From: a virus
Virus record (IMG/VR): IMGVR_UViG_3300045988_058553
Location: 119,095 to 183,094 of that record
Length of the DNA: 64,000 nt
Direction: 5' to 3' (one strand)
The position numbers were made by a program, and so were the translations under genes. Shown here in pieces: positions 20,026 through 30,142 of this stretch. Position 1 is the first letter of the stretch; every line of letters starts with the position of its first letter. The notes under the pieces are model-generated. The model was not told where the DNA came from, ran no database searches, and saw nothing but the letters and a program-made list of their open reading frames with translations.

Positions 20026-20940
20026 TTACTTAGAAGAAGGATCGCCTTGTTTCTTAATCTCTTCGAAGATTCCTAGGAGATTCTTTGGCAAGGTAATTTT
20101 TAACTGTGAAATCCGCTCCTTTTCGGAGGTCTTCCAATTATTAAAGCGGCTTCTTAATTCTTGTATCTTAGAATTATATCTCTCATAATCAGCCTTAAAT
20201 TCTGCAAGTCTTTCCTGATATTCCTCTTCTCTAGTCATATCAATCTTATTTACAGTCTCTTTAAGTTCAGCTTTAAGAGCGTTTAATTCTTTCTCGTAGG
20301 AACGGTATATGTCTTGGAGAGACATAAACATATCATCTACCTTACTTACACTAATAGTAGGGTCTTGGTAATAGAGAATTAAATCTCTACCAGATCCTTC
20401 CTTATAGATAGGACAATTCTCAGCGGCATGGACATCCTTTCTAGCCTTACTGAAAGCCCCTTTAGGATGGATATATTTACCATAAGTAGAAGCAAACGCT
20501 TCAAGTCTTAGATACTTGTTTCGCTTATTGCCGTCCCAAGAATCTATAACTTCCTTCTCTTCTGCTCTCCGCAGAGATTCCGGATACTCAGGTTGTTCGG
20601 GGATTTCTATGCCGTTTTCCTTAGCCCATTTCTCAATAGAAGTAGCGGCAAGATAAGAAATCATCTCCTCTTTCTTTTTGATAGCTTCTCGTACCCAAGC
20701 ACAGAAACTATTCATTTCAGCACATTTTTCCAAATCGTTCTTAATGAAGCCTATGGAAGTTTGCCCTACAGTCATTAGCTGTTTTTCTCCACCTCCAATA
20801 GAGGCTACAGATACTTGGTAAAACTTCACACCATTTAGACGCTCTGTGGCAGCCTGAATCATTTCCTGCGCAATATTAGCATAATAGTTAGCAGATGTGG
20901 AAGTTAACCCTTCGTTTCCAAAAAATACACTTTCTTTCAT
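20026..20940 (-). CDS. hypothetical protein
   Basis: 304-aa ORF, first gene of the long minus-strand early operon. Confidence 0.45.
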   Translation of the reverse strand: MKESVFFGNEGLTSTSANYYANIAQEMIQAATERLNGVKFYQVSVASIGGGEKQLMTVGQTSIGFIKNDLEKCAEMNSFCAWVREAIKKKEEMISYLAATSIEKWAKENGIEIPEQPEYPESLRRAEEKEVIDSWDGNKRNKYLRLEAFASTYGKYIHPKGAFSKARKDVHAAENCPIYKEGSGRDLILYYQDPTISVSKVDDMFMSLQDIYRSYEKELNALKAELKETVNKIDMTREEEYQERLAEFKADYERYNSKIQELRSRFNNWKTSEKERISQLKITLPKNLLGIFEEIKKQGDPSSK

Positions 20941-21101
20941 TTTGTTAATTTATCAATTACGTTTACTATAGACTGTTCTCCAGCTATAAAGCCAGACTTA
21001 TGAGCATTTCTAATAAGTTTTTTCAAACTTTCTAGCTCTTCTTTTGATTTAAGAGTATTACTATTGTATATCTCTTCAAGTTCCTGTATATATCTTTCCA
21101 T
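20938..21101 (-). CDS. hypothetical small protein (approximate)
   Basis: Hand translation MERYIQELEEIYNSNTLKSKEELESLKK..., whose stop overlaps the downstream start. Confidence 0.3.
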
Positions 21102-21131
21102 GACTAAAAATATTTAGTACCCGAAGTGGCA

Positions 21132-21767
21132 TTACTCTGGAAGTATGCCGTACTTCCATATGTAGCCATAAGCATGAGTTATTTTATGATTGCAACAATC
21201 AGTGATATGTCTTTTGCAATTAACAGTTTTTGCTAGACCATTATCTACAAGCCATTTAGCTGCTTCCTCTCTTCCCCAGAAGTGCTATATATAATTGCCA
21301 GCCATATCAAATTGATCGATTTTCTTAGCAGACCCACCTCTGATTTTAATGCTATGAGCTTTCAATACCTTTCTTACAGTATCATCACTACATCCCACTT
21401 TCTCTGCAACTTTTTTGCAAGTATATCCCATATTGTATAGTTCGATTATCTCTTGATAATCATATAACTATGTTCCGTCTCCACCCTTAGTAGCATTATA
21501 GCCTTTGGAGCCATAAGTTTCCAACTCTTTTATCCAATATACCTCTCTTTCTGAGAGTATGTTTTCATCCTTTACATATTCTAATTCCTCTACTATAAAG
21601 TTTTCAACTCCATATTTATTCATAGCATCATATAATGGACGTTTTTCACATCTTTCTTTTCGAGAATCCTTGCAGTGTTCCTAAAATCTTTCCTATGTAG
21701 TAAAGAGGGTTTTACCAACGTATCTTTTATTGTTGATAATATTTGTAATGCAATAGATATATCCCAT
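21132..21767 (-). CDS. GIY-YIG homing endonuclease (copy A, 5 in-frame TAG codons)
   Basis: Starts MGYIYCITNIINNKRYVGKT (GIY-YIG) and contains KYGVENF...GYNATKGGDG. The only internal stops are TAG. Ends at TAA. Confidence 0.55.
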
Positions 21768-21824
21768 ATCATAAATTATTTATAACATTATTAATAATTG
21801 ATTGAATTAGCTTTACCCAAAACA

Positions 21825-21838
21825 CACCACGTGGAGGT
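21825..21838 (-). promoter_or_regulatory. conserved 14-nt motif ACCTCCACGTGGTG upstream of GIY-YIG copy A
   Basis: Identical 14-mer, with palindromic core CCACGTGG, 42-71 nt upstream of all three GIY-YIG starts and 17-19 nt downstream of a tRNA 3' end. Confidence 0.4.
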
Positions 21839-21854
21839 TTCAATCTTGTGTTTC

Positions 21855-21940
21855 TACCCGAAGTGGGACTCGAACCCACACGCCCATTACTGGGCATCAG
21901 AGCTTAAATCTGACGTGTCTACCAATTCCACCATTCGGGC
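21855..21940 (-). tRNA. tRNA-Leu(TAA), type II
   Basis: Manual fold: acceptor GCCCGAA/TTCGGGT, anticodon stem TCAGA/TCTGA, loop TTTAAGC, long variable arm, T-loop TTCGAGT. Confidence 0.65.
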
Positions 21941-22026
21941 ATAATAATTAGCTATACTCACGTACCGCTAATCAACTTACTATAATAACAGTACAAGTGT
22001 TAAATTCAAAGTTAAAAACCGTTAAC

Positions 22027-22341
22027 TTATTTAAACTGCAAACAAATGTTAATAAATTTATCGACATCAGTTCCGCAATCTACATAATTCGGAGTGTTAG
22101 CTTCGAAGTATTTGAGAACAGCCTCTGTTCCAAAAAGTCCTATCTCTTCGAAATCATACCCCTCACCGTGAATATCCGATGTAGGCATATTTGGTCTGAA
22201 TACTAACCAGGCTGTACCAGGAAATTCACAACACGTACAAACAGTCAATCCACTTTCTCTTAGTTTATCTAAGATTTGTGGACTAACTGTTTTCAATACG
22301 ACACAATTATCCGAGTTCTGCAAGTCGTTGTCTGATTTCAT
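22027..22341 (-). CDS. hypothetical protein
   Basis: 104-aa ORF. Confidence 0.4.
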   Translation of the reverse strand: MKSDNDLQNSDNCVVLKTVSPQILDKLRESGLTVCTCCEFPGTAWLVFRPNMPTSDIHGEGYDFEEIGLFGTEAVLKYFEANTPNYVDCGTDVDKFINICLQFK

Positions 22342-22717
22342 CTTCGGACATACTTTCCATTTTCTCGGACTGTTTCTTAGCCAGCAGTTCAGTCAGGCGT
22401 GCCTTCTCAGCTGCCTTATCTTTAGCTGCTTCTCTAGCGGCCTTGTCTTTCAGCTTATCAGTGATAACATCTTTCACAATATTGAACTTTAACTCCAGTT
22501 CGCTATTGCTAGGAGTATCATTAGTTATGAAAGATTTTCTAGGACTCTTGGCTAATTCTTCGTCATAGGACACTCCCAGCTCACTAATCTTATATATCAT
22601 AAGAATTTGGTGAAATCTTAGATAAGGATATTGGTCAATGATTTGACTCAATCTAGTTAATATCTTGAAATTAGCTTTCTTTCTAAATTTGATAGCTTCT
22701 TCAATTTGAGCTTCCAT
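22307..22717 (-). CDS. hypothetical protein
   Basis: 136-aa ORF with a Lys/Ala-rich C-terminus. Confidence 0.4.
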   Translation of the reverse strand: MEAQIEEAIKFRKKANFKILTRLSQIIDQYPYLRFHQILMIYKISELGVSYDEELAKSPRKSFITNDTPSNSELELKFNIVKDVITDKLKDKAAREAAKDKAAEKARLTELLAKKQSEKMESMSEDEIRQRLAELG

Positions 22718-23195
22718 ATTTATTAAGTATATCTAATTCCAATTCCTTAACTTTACTTTCATACAAAGAATCCTCAGCGTAGCCAATTCTGTCTAGGAAT
22801 TTGTAGTAATCCTCTTCTGGGTTATACTTACTAAGGATAAATTGTTTATAAGCGAACACACAGCTTATCCAACTATCGAACTTGAAGTAAGACATTGTTC
22901 TGGAATTATACAATCCGAACAGATTGTTATTGTCCTTACAAAGTTTCGATTTAAAATTGCCAGATTCCAGAACAGCCTGAGCTGTTATAATTGCTGGATT
23001 TGGAAAATCGTAATGCTTCAAAGTATTGTACAATACTTCTTCGTTTACTTCATCCAATAAGTAGAATGGATGCTCTGGCAGCAATACCATTTCCTCCTGT
23101 TTCTGATTGAAATGTATCAGATGATGCAAAGAATAACCAGTTGCAAATCCGAATACAATACTAATCATGAGGATAATTAAAACTTTCTTTTTCAT
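22701..23195 (-). CDS. glucosaminidase-family peptidoglycan hydrolase (endolysin candidate) with N-terminal signal-anchor
   Basis: N-terminal TM segment. AQAVLESGNFKSKLCKDNNNLFGLYNS matches the mannosyl-glycoprotein endo-beta-N-acetylglucosaminidase core. Confidence 0.5.
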   Translation of the reverse strand: MKKKVLIILMISIVFGFATGYSLHHLIHFNQKQEEMVLLPEHPFYLLDEVNEEVLYNTLKHYDFPNPAIITAQAVLESGNFKSKLCKDNNNLFGLYNSRTMSYFKFDSWISCVFAYKQFILSKYNPEEDYYKFLDRIGYAEDSLYESKVKELELDILNKYGSSN

Positions 23196-23494
23196 ATCTC
23201 AATTGAATTAATAAATCTCGCATCATTAGCTAATTGATATACAGTAGTATTTAGCTCTGGTACATAGACTATATAGTAGTAATCAAAGAATTGATTATTA
23301 TCCTCAAATCCTATGATTACTCCTTTTCGTCCTCCATCTACAATGCAGTCTCTATACATATATTTTGCAATATCTTGACGGATTCCGTCATGATTTATTA
23401 CAGCCTGCAATGCAGAAAGTCCGTAGTAAGATGTATTTACACCCCTTATCTCATGTCCAAGCAAATCTTTATCAAAAGGAGAACTTACTATCAT
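23192..23494 (-). CDS. hypothetical protein
   Basis: 100-aa ORF. Confidence 0.4.
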   Translation of the reverse strand: MIVSSPFDKDLLGHEIRGVNTSYYGLSALQAVINHDGIRQDIAKYMYRDCIVDGGRKGVIIGFEDNNQFFDYYYIVYVPELNTTVYQLANDARFINSIEI

Positions 23495-23814
23495 AACAAT
23501 ACTCTAGTTAAGTCTTCTATAGTTAGATTAGCTATCTTCGATAATTCACAGATTTGGTTTGAGAAATCTAGCCTCGTTTTAAGTTCTAAATCCCTCCATT
23601 GCCGTACCTCCTTTCGACTCTTTCTAAGTTCTTCTTGTAAGTAGGATATAGCCGCCCTTGCTGACTTTAATTGCTCTGTAGAACAAACGACAAAGTGCTT
23701 AGCTCCCTTCTTATTTGTAGAAGGAAGAGCGGCCTCAGCCTCTTCAATACTATCGAACTGTCCTAAGATAAAAGGAATATTATTACATTCCTTAATTAAA
23801 TAGTACTTACTCAT
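23491..23814 (-). CDS. hypothetical protein
   Basis: 107-aa ORF. Confidence 0.4.
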   Translation of the reverse strand: MSKYYLIKECNNIPFILGQFDSIEEAEAALPSTNKKGAKHFVVCSTEQLKSARAAISYLQEELRKSRKEVRQWRDLELKTRLDFSNQICELSKIANLTIEDLTRVLL

Positions 23815-24004
23815 CTTTAATTCCTAGATAATCCTTTAATAATTGAATGTTTCCTTCTCTCAAATGCCGAATAAAAGCCTCCCTTTCTCTCTCTCAAATA
23901 GCAGAATTTTACTCTCTAACAGGTCTATTCGTCTTTGTTGATTTTCCTCGTATTCTTCAATAGCGTCAGAAATTGCTTTAAGTATAGAAGATTCCTTCAT
24001 AGCG

Positions 24005-24430
24005 CTACTCATTGTAGAACTCTTCGTCCCCATTATCGTCGCCTATAGGATTCTCCCATCCATACTTTACAGCAGTAGCCTTAAACAAAGGCAACCCATA
24101 CATAGCATAATTCTCTTCAGGATAATTCTCTAAGCCCTCTTCTAGAACTTGATTCCACCTTAGTACCACGTAGAACATTAGGCTAGCTGAAATGCCTCTC
24201 TGGTCTAGAGCCTTCTCAAAACCAAACTCCACGTCAGACTTAAGTTGCTCTAGGATATTCTCTCTAGTCCATTCCTTAGGCTCTGGATAAGGCTCATCAC
24301 CATCGTACTTGAAGCCTATTTTTTCTAACTGCTCTTCTGTTAAAAACTTTGCTAATCTAGAACCGAAACGGTCATCGAGAACTACGGCATAGTCTTTGTA
24401 ATTGTCTAAAATCTCATTTAACGTTTTCAT
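24005..24430 (-). CDS. hypothetical protein
   Basis: 141-aa ORF. Confidence 0.4.
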   Translation of the reverse strand: MKTLNEILDNYKDYAVVLDDRFGSRLAKFLTEEQLEKIGFKYDGDEPYPEPKEWTRENILEQLKSDVEFGFEKALDQRGISASLMFYVVLRWNQVLEEGLENYPEENYAMYGLPLFKATAVKYGWENPIGDDNGDEEFYNE

Positions 24431-24433
24431 TTT

Positions 24434-24754
24434 TTACATATCTTTTAGGTAAATATTTTGAGGATATTCCCCGAATACTGATAGAGTTACAGCACAAATC
24501 CATACCCTGTCATTGTAATTCTTACTTTTGCATAAGTAAGTTGCTCCACATTCATCCTCCTCAATTTTAGACAACGTTATCTTAGCTGCAGCTGGGTCAA
24601 CCATCTGCAATCTAACAAACTTATTATCTAGAGAATCAAGAAGTTCATCTGCACCACCAACCATTGCTAGTTCCTCTGGTGTTCCGTCATAATCTGGCCA
24701 CCAATAGAACCAGACTCCTCCAACCTTTACAAACTCAAATGTTTTTCTCATCAA
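24434..24754 (-). CDS. hypothetical protein
   Basis: 106-aa ORF. Confidence 0.4.
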   Translation of the reverse strand: MMRKTFEFVKVGGVWFYWWPDYDGTPEELAMVGGADELLDSLDNKFVRLQMVDPAAAKITLSKIEEDECGATYLCKSKNYNDRVWICAVTLSVFGEYPQNIYLKDM

Positions 24755-24810
24755 TTATTAATTATATTAAACAAAAAATACCCAACAACTTTCGCTGCTG
24801 GGGTACATAG

Positions 24811-24882
24811 TAACGCCAACGGGATTCGAACCCGTATGGCAGGCGTGAAAAGCCTAAATCCTAACCATTAGATGATGGCGCT
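24811..24882 (-). tRNA. tRNA-Glu(TTC)
   Basis: Acceptor AGCGCCA/TGGCGTT, anticodon stem TAGGC/GCCTG, loop TTTTCAC, T arm ACGGG-TTCGAAT-CCCGT. Confidence 0.6.
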
Positions 24883-24885
24883 ATC

Positions 24886-25437
24886 CTACTGCACAATCAA
24901 GCTATAAGCTTCTTGCAACAGTTTAATAGTTGGAACCATACGGTTATCAACAACTATTATTTTATAAATGTTCAGAATTTCTTTGTAGGTTAAAGATGTA
25001 CAAGTTAGAAATATCTGCACATCTTCGTTTACAGAACCATTTGACAATCCCAAATCTACTTTAATCATACTGGGTAATGTTCCAATCTGAGAAATATCCC
25101 AAGTAGATTTAGTTCTCCTGAAAACTTCCCGCTGTTTGGAAGTAAGTTGCTTTTCTTTCAATCTAGACTCAATAATAGTACCATCAAACGTTAACGAACC
25201 TCCATCGGTATTACTATTATTTAATGCTAGCTGAATCTTCTGAACTGCAGAGTCTTTAGGTTTTGGCTTAAGTTGCACTCCTTCCTTCAAGCCCTTAATA
25301 ATCTGCAATGAAGGAATAAAGTCTTTTATTTGAGTTGCATTCCATACAAGAAATTTTCCAGGACTATCCTTAACAGTAACTATATACTTAGTCCCTCCGT
25401 TCAATGGGATAATTACTTGTAAGTCTGCATCACTCAT
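24886..25437 (-). CDS. hypothetical protein
   Basis: 183-aa ORF. Confidence 0.4.
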   Translation of the reverse strand: MSDADLQVIIPLNGGTKYIVTVKDSPGKFLVWNATQIKDFIPSLQIIKGLKEGVQLKPKPKDSAVQKIQLALNNSNTDGGSLTFDGTIIESRLKEKQLTSKQREVFRRTKSTWDISQIGTLPSMIKVDLGLSNGSVNEDVQIFLTCTSLTYKEILNIYKIIVVDNRMVPTIKLLQEAYSLIVQ

Positions 25438-25586
25438 TTTACTTAAATGGTCTGATACTCTAACTTTGACGTTTCCAATGACAAAGTAGCGAGAAACAGT
25501 TGTTTCGCTTCGATAATCTCAGTAGCAGTTGCTACTAAATACTTTTCTAATCTAGTCATAAAAATTAATCTGATTTAATGGTTAAG

Positions 25587-25659
25587 ATCCCCCACTCGGA
25601 TTCGAACCGAGGTCTCGAGATTACAAATCACGTGTTCTAACCAACTAAACTACAGGGGA
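25587..25659 (-). tRNA. tRNA-Thr(TGT)
   Basis: Acceptor TCCCCTG/TGGGGGA with two G-U pairs, anticodon loop TTTGTAA, T arm CTCGG-TTCGAAT-CCGAG. One mismatch in the anticodon stem. Confidence 0.5.
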
Positions 25660-25665
25660 ATAAAT

Positions 25666-25703
25666 GCCGAGACTGGGGGATTCGAACCCCAACCTTCACA
25701 GTG
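25666..25703 (-). pseudogene. tRNA 3'-half remnant (Asp-like)
   Basis: GCACTGTGAAGG-TTGGGG-TTCGAAT-CCCCC-AGTCTCGG duplicates the anticodon-3'/T-arm/acceptor part of the adjacent tRNA-Asp. No 5' half is present. Confidence 0.4.
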
Positions 25704-25775
25704 CCGAGAGTACCAGACTCGAACTGGTGACCTTCGCATAGACAGTGCACTATTCTACCACTGAACTAACCCTCG
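25704..25775 (-). tRNA. tRNA-Asp(GTC)
   Basis: Canonical numbering fits (U8, G18G19, T54T55C56). Anticodon loop CTGTCTA. The 5' part TAGTTCAGTGGTAGAATA is typical of tRNA-Asp. Confidence 0.65.
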
Positions 25776-25800
25776 GTGTAACTGGATTACTCCAGACTAA

Positions 25801-26451
25801 TTAAACCCTTCTCTAACATAATATGGTGATTCGGACATAACCTCCGCAGGATTTTGCTTTTCCTACACAACAATCAATTATATGATTACTAGCAGAGTGT
25901 CTACTCTTTGATTTTCCTACTTCAACTAGCCAATCTGCGGCTTTCAGAGAACCAGGAAATTCCTAAATTTTGTTTCCAGCTTTATCATACTGAACAACAA
26001 TTCTACATTCACGTGCCTATTTATTAGCTCTTCCATCTATTCCGTGAGCTTTTAACACTAAGTACACAGTTTCCACTGAACAACCAATCTTTTCTGATAC
26101 CTCTTTACATAAATACCCTAAGTTATATAATTCAATAATTTCCTTGTAGTCATACAATATCTTCCCATCACCGCCTTTAGTGGCATTATATCCATCTTTA
26201 TAAGACTACAGTTTGTTTATCCAATATATTTCTCTATCTGATAGGGAGTTATCATCTGCTTCCTCTAGGCACTCAACTATGAAATTCTCAACCCCGTACT
26301 TATTCATGGCATCGTACAATGGTCTCTTTTCACATCTTTCCTTCTAACTATCTTGACAATGTTCTCTAAAACGCGCTTGTGGGTTTTGCGTAGTCTTTCC
26401 TACATAGCGCTTATTGTTAATCAAGTTTGTAATACAATAAATATATCCCAT
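25801..26451 (-). CDS. GIY-YIG homing endonuclease (copy B, in-frame TAG codons)
   Basis: MGYIYCITNLINNKRYVGKT...KYGVENF...GYNATKGGDG, with the C-terminus homologous to copy A. Four internal TAGs, terminates at TAA. Confidence 0.5.
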
Positions 26452-26492
26452 AATTTTCTTTTTTTATTAAACATTTAGTTTTAATCCAGAGT

Positions 26493-26506
26493 TCACCACG
26501 TGGAGG
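26493..26506 (-). promoter_or_regulatory. conserved motif ACCTCCACGTGGTG upstream of GIY-YIG copy B
   Basis: Same 14-mer as at 21,825 and 42,167. Confidence 0.4.
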
Positions 26507-26523
26507 TAGTTTAATACGAACTC

Positions 26524-26570
26524 CTGGACCTAACGGGAGTCGAACCCGTGTCCAAACAACCCTCGTTACA
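26524..26570 (-). pseudogene. tRNA 3'-fragment (T arm + acceptor TAGGTCC-A) without a 5' half
   Basis: ACGGG-TTCGACT-CCCGT followed by TAGGTCCA. The same acceptor 3' strand occurs in the fragment at 32,906. Confidence 0.35.
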
Positions 26571-27126
26571 AGGATAACGTGCGTCTCATTTTTATTACAT
26601 CAGCTAGGGAGTTCTAGCATTTAGGTAGTTTTATAAGTCTTACAAGAGTCCATACTAAGTATTTCTCTAGATGCTTATCTACAAGCTACCAAACTATAGG
26701 GCTGACCGAAGTCAACGTTCCACCACTCCATTTACGTTGGAGAACGGGATGATACTTTAGAGATTCGTCACATCTCACGGAACACATCTTCCATCTGTTT
26801 TATGACGTAGGAGATTCAGTCTTACTAACTCTTAGAGTGTTCTGATTAAGAGCATATTACTAGGATTAGAGCCTAGCTCTCCATTATATCAATATACTCA
26901 ACCTCTTCTGTTTCTAGGTCTCTCCCGTAACCCGACTTAGTTAATAGTGTTTACCAACAAGCCAGCAGCTTAGGCTGCCATTCTTACTTCGCTATAAGTA
27001 GCATTTATTGTTTTTTCTTCGTTTAAAGAGATTGCGCTCTACACGTCCTTATAATTTGTAATCGCCTGTCAAATCCAAGTAGGCCCATACCCAGTTTATC
27101 TTTAATTAGAAAACTGGAAAAAGAAA

Positions 27127-27378
27127 TTATAACATTATAGTTGTACCCTCAGGTAGTGTTCGTAACTTAGTATTAGTATAGTCTCTAGCACCCTTACTAA
27201 ATATCTCAGGATAGTAAGAACAACTTCCTAATATAAATAGTGCAAGTCCACATCTTTGAATTATATCTCCGTTAGATACTGTTCCATCCTCAAACCATTC
27301 CATCACTTCTGCAAATTCCCCATCCTTTAGGTCTTTAAGTTGGATTATATCAGAGGCCCTATTTACTACTTTCGCCAT
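27127..27378 (-). CDS. hypothetical protein
   Basis: 83-aa ORF. Confidence 0.4.
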   Translation of the reverse strand: MAKVVNRASDIIQLKDLKDGEFAEVMEWFEDGTVSNGDIIQRCGLALFILGSCSYYPEIFSKGARDYTNTKLRTLPEGTTIML

Positions 27379-27907
27379 AAATACATTGTTTGATTATGTC
27401 TTTAGTAATTATTCCACTATCACGAGTAAGAGAATCTAGTTTCTCTATATCAAACTCGTCTTTATGAAATTTGAATTGAATCCACGTTGGTTCACTTGGT
27501 CTGAAATCTAGATAAGTCTTACACTTGTCAGTTCCTAACACTTCATGCACCATAGCTAGAATACGCTCACCAGCAGCTTTGGTCTTTACAAAGCCAGAAA
27601 CATCTGGATAGCCAGGACCACGAGAGTTCCAATATTCTCCTTCTTCTGGACGTTCGTCAACTGGTTCCCAATTCCATGCAGGAATACCTTTTCTAGGATG
27701 TTCAATTCTGATTGCGCTTTCCATAACCCATTTAGATTTCGGGTCTGAGGGATTTTCTGGATGGCAGCCATATTTGACTATTCCCATTGGATTTTCGCTT
27801 CTAACTTCAAATTTTAACTTGCAATGTCTACAAGTTCCAGATGTTAGACCTCCTCCAGAAACTCCACTACTTATAACAGAATCGCACCCACAATTAGGAC
27901 AACCCAC
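27359..27907 (-). CDS. hypothetical protein (N-terminal CxxC pairs)
   Basis: 182-aa ORF with an N-terminal CPNCGC...CRHC zinc-ribbon-like motif. Confidence 0.4.
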   Translation of the reverse strand: MGCPNCGCDSVISSGVSGGGLTSGTCRHCKLKFEVRSENPMGIVKYGCHPENPSDPKSKWVMESAIRIEHPRKGIPAWNWEPVDERPEEGEYWNSRGPGYPDVSGFVKTKAAGERILAMVHEVLGTDKCKTYLDFRPSEPTWIQFKFHKDEFDIEKLDSLTRDSGIITKDIIKQCIYGESSK

Positions 27908-27938
27908 AGCTCATATTCGCTATATAATACTGATAACA

Positions 27939-28235
27939 TTAGTTATTCAATTTAAATTCTACTTCTCTTAAAACAACATACGACTTGCCATCTTCTCCTT
28001 CTTGAACACATCCGTTAGCCTGCAAGAAGCTAATAATGAACTCCATAGGGATATGATAACTATCTGTAACAAGCATACCGTTACTTATATGGTAACGTTC
28101 TTTTCTTTCTAATCTAGTGGGATTACCGTTTAGAGTAATCTCACCAGAATATTCATTCTCTTTATCAGGTTTAATCCCCTTTATGTAAATAGAACTGCCT
28201 GATTCAGCTAAGTAGACCTGTTGTATTACGCTCAT
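27939..28235 (-). CDS. hypothetical protein
   Basis: 98-aa ORF. Confidence 0.4.
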   Translation of the reverse strand: MSVIQQVYLAESGSSIYIKGIKPDKENEYSGEITLNGNPTRLERKERYHISNGMLVTDSYHIPMEFIISFLQANGCVQEGEDGKSYVVLREVEFKLNN

Positions 28236-28657
28236 AGTTCTGGAACATCTGAACGGTCATCATAATAGCCTTCATCCCCAACGAGCTGAGCCAAGCATCC
28301 GTGCATATACGGAACTAATTCCGGTCTTTCTCGATAAGTTCGGAATAAAAGCCAACTCATGCTCATAGAGTTTCCAGTATGTCCGTTATCAAAGAACTGA
28401 AGTTTGTCCTTAATAGCATCAACTAAGTCGTATAAGCTCTCATATTGCTTCAAGAAGTCTTGATACTGTTCATCACCGAAATCTTGGAAAAATTCCGAGA
28501 ATGAAAGAGCTTGCTTTATACATAACATTTCATACTCAAACAAGTCATCCTCTTCGAAGGAATGGTCGGTTGCAGCTGAGAATAGACGATTAAATCGTTC
28601 GATTCTGTTTTGAAACTCTACAGGGAGAGTTTCTTTGGTAAGATTTTCGTAATTCAT
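28232..28657 (-). CDS. hypothetical protein
   Basis: 141-aa ORF. Confidence 0.4.
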   Translation of the reverse strand: MNYENLTKETLPVEFQNRIERFNRLFSAATDHSFEEDDLFEYEMLCIKQALSFSEFFQDFGDEQYQDFLKQYESLYDLVDAIKDKLQFFDNGHTGNSMSMSWLLFRTYRERPELVPYMHGCLAQLVGDEGYYDDRSDVPEL

Positions 28658-28690
28658 AATCTAAAAATTAAGTATCTAATTAATTACTAG

Positions 28691-28763
28691 TAGCGGGAGA
28701 GGGACTCGAACCCTCGACCTTCAGGTTATGAGCCTGACTAGCTACCTCTGCTAACACCCCGCG
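28691..28763 (-). tRNA. tRNA-Met(CAT), initiator-like 1:72 mismatch
   Basis: Perfect anticodon arm TCAGG-CTCATAA-CCTGA, T arm GAGGG-TTCGAGT-CCCTC, G18G19 and U8 in place. C1 is unpaired with U72. Confidence 0.55.
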
Positions 28764-28766
28764 ATA

Positions 28767-28952
28767 TTACAAATGTTTTTTAAATATTTCACAATGATTG
28801 TATTCACCTCCCCAACGTATGGGATATTCTTCTTCCTTGGCTTTCTTATAGCCTTCGGCTTCCTTTTTATCCAGAAATATCTGACACTCAGTTTTATAGT
28901 TCTGAGGCGCATTAGCTGGATGATGATTCACTACGACTACGTATACTTTCAT
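28767..28952 (-). CDS. hypothetical protein
   Basis: 61-aa ORF between two tRNAs. Confidence 0.3.
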   Translation of the reverse strand: MKVYVVVVNHHPANAPQNYKTECQIFLDKKEAEGYKKAKEEEYPIRWGGEYNHCEIFKKHL

Positions 28953-28970
28953 AATTATTTAATTTTGTTG

Positions 28971-29043
28971 TGGACACGCAGGGACTCGAACCCTATCTTC
29001 CGGTGTGCAAAACCAGCGCTCTAGCCATTTGAGCTAACGGCCC
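28971..29043 (-). tRNA. tRNA-Ala(TGC), aberrant acceptor base
   Basis: D arm GCTC/GAGC, anticodon arm CTGGT-TTTGCAC-ACCGG, T-loop TTCGAGT and a G3:U70 pair. Acceptor pairs 5-7 are mismatched, so this may be a pseudo-tRNA. Confidence 0.4.
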
Positions 29044-29701
29044 ATGTTTGAGATTTTCTTTTTAATTGGTGACATACCCATAAATTTCCACTGTTAAGAT
29101 TCCACAACTTAACAACACCAGATAAGTTTTTTTGTTTGAATCATGTTCTAGTAGCATAAGTCCGCAACCATGCTACTCTCTCAGTTCATCGACTATCGTG
29201 TCAGAAAAGGTCTCTATGATTCCGCAGGGACTGGCTTTAACTTAAACCCCGAATGGATTTTTACCTTGCCAGGTCAGGATATTATTACGTTTCTAGCACT
29301 CTGAATTGATTTAGCCTGTTTAATCTTATAATCACGAACTACTTCTTTCATATAATAGTTAAATTCCTTCATGTCTTTCCATGAAGTCTCATTAGCTAGT
29401 TTCGGAGTTTGAAACATTTTGTACTTTTCTAATAGGTCTTTCATTTCTCTCTTTAGTTTTCAAAGCATTTTCACACGCTTGTTTCTTCATTACATATGGA
29501 CAATCACAATTTCCATTGTAATACCAACAACAATAATCACACTGATGCATAATCTAATATTAAAAGTTAAAGTGGGTGCTAGCCGTTTCTATCCCACTAT
29601 TGCGTACTACAGTGCTAGCTACCGTCCAAGTTACTCTCTTCCTCACATCGACTTGGAATTTGCTGGATTAATATTACTAGGAGGATTCAGCAAAAAGCTC
29701 T

Positions 29702-30124
29702 TTATTTCTCAATCTGTTTGGAAATTTCTAATGCGGCAGTTTCATCACTGATACATTCAGTAGGACATGGAATAATATTTCCGTGAATTTCTCTATGGCA
29801 ATTAGCACAAACTAATATGCATTTATCCAATTCTTCTTTAACACGTTCCCATGAACGTGTATAACCCTTAGCGGATATTCCGAAGTCCTTTTCTTCTGAA
29901 TTAATATGGTGAAACTCTAAAGCCCCAACATATTTGTTATATCCACAACATTGGCACTTTCCACCTTTGTAAGCAATAGACATAAGTTTTACTTTATCTC
30001 TTCTTCTCTATACTGCCTCTGCTTCACATTTAAGACATTTCCATTTGGTTCTATTACCATCTTTTCGTTCTGCAAATTCAGTTTCTCCATGAATCTAGCA
30101 GAACATAATTTCTCTCTTATTCAT
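29702..30124 (-). CDS. HNH homing endonuclease with TAG-containing N-terminal extension
   Basis: CANCHREIHGN HNH motif. Reading TAG as sense extends the ORF upstream to MNKREIMFC-Q-IHGETEF..., ending 19 nt from the tRNA-Asn 3' end. Confidence 0.45.
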
Positions 30125-30142
30125 AATATTACTCTTTAATAG

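Noticed and set aside
29100-29300. Possible tRNA or ncRNA between tRNA-Ala and the HNH gene (GGGACTGGCTTTAACTTAAACCCCGAATGG)
   Set aside because: No acceptor/T-arm pairing could be built. More likely 3' UTR or a small Cys-rich ORF (about 29,397-29,555, minus) region.
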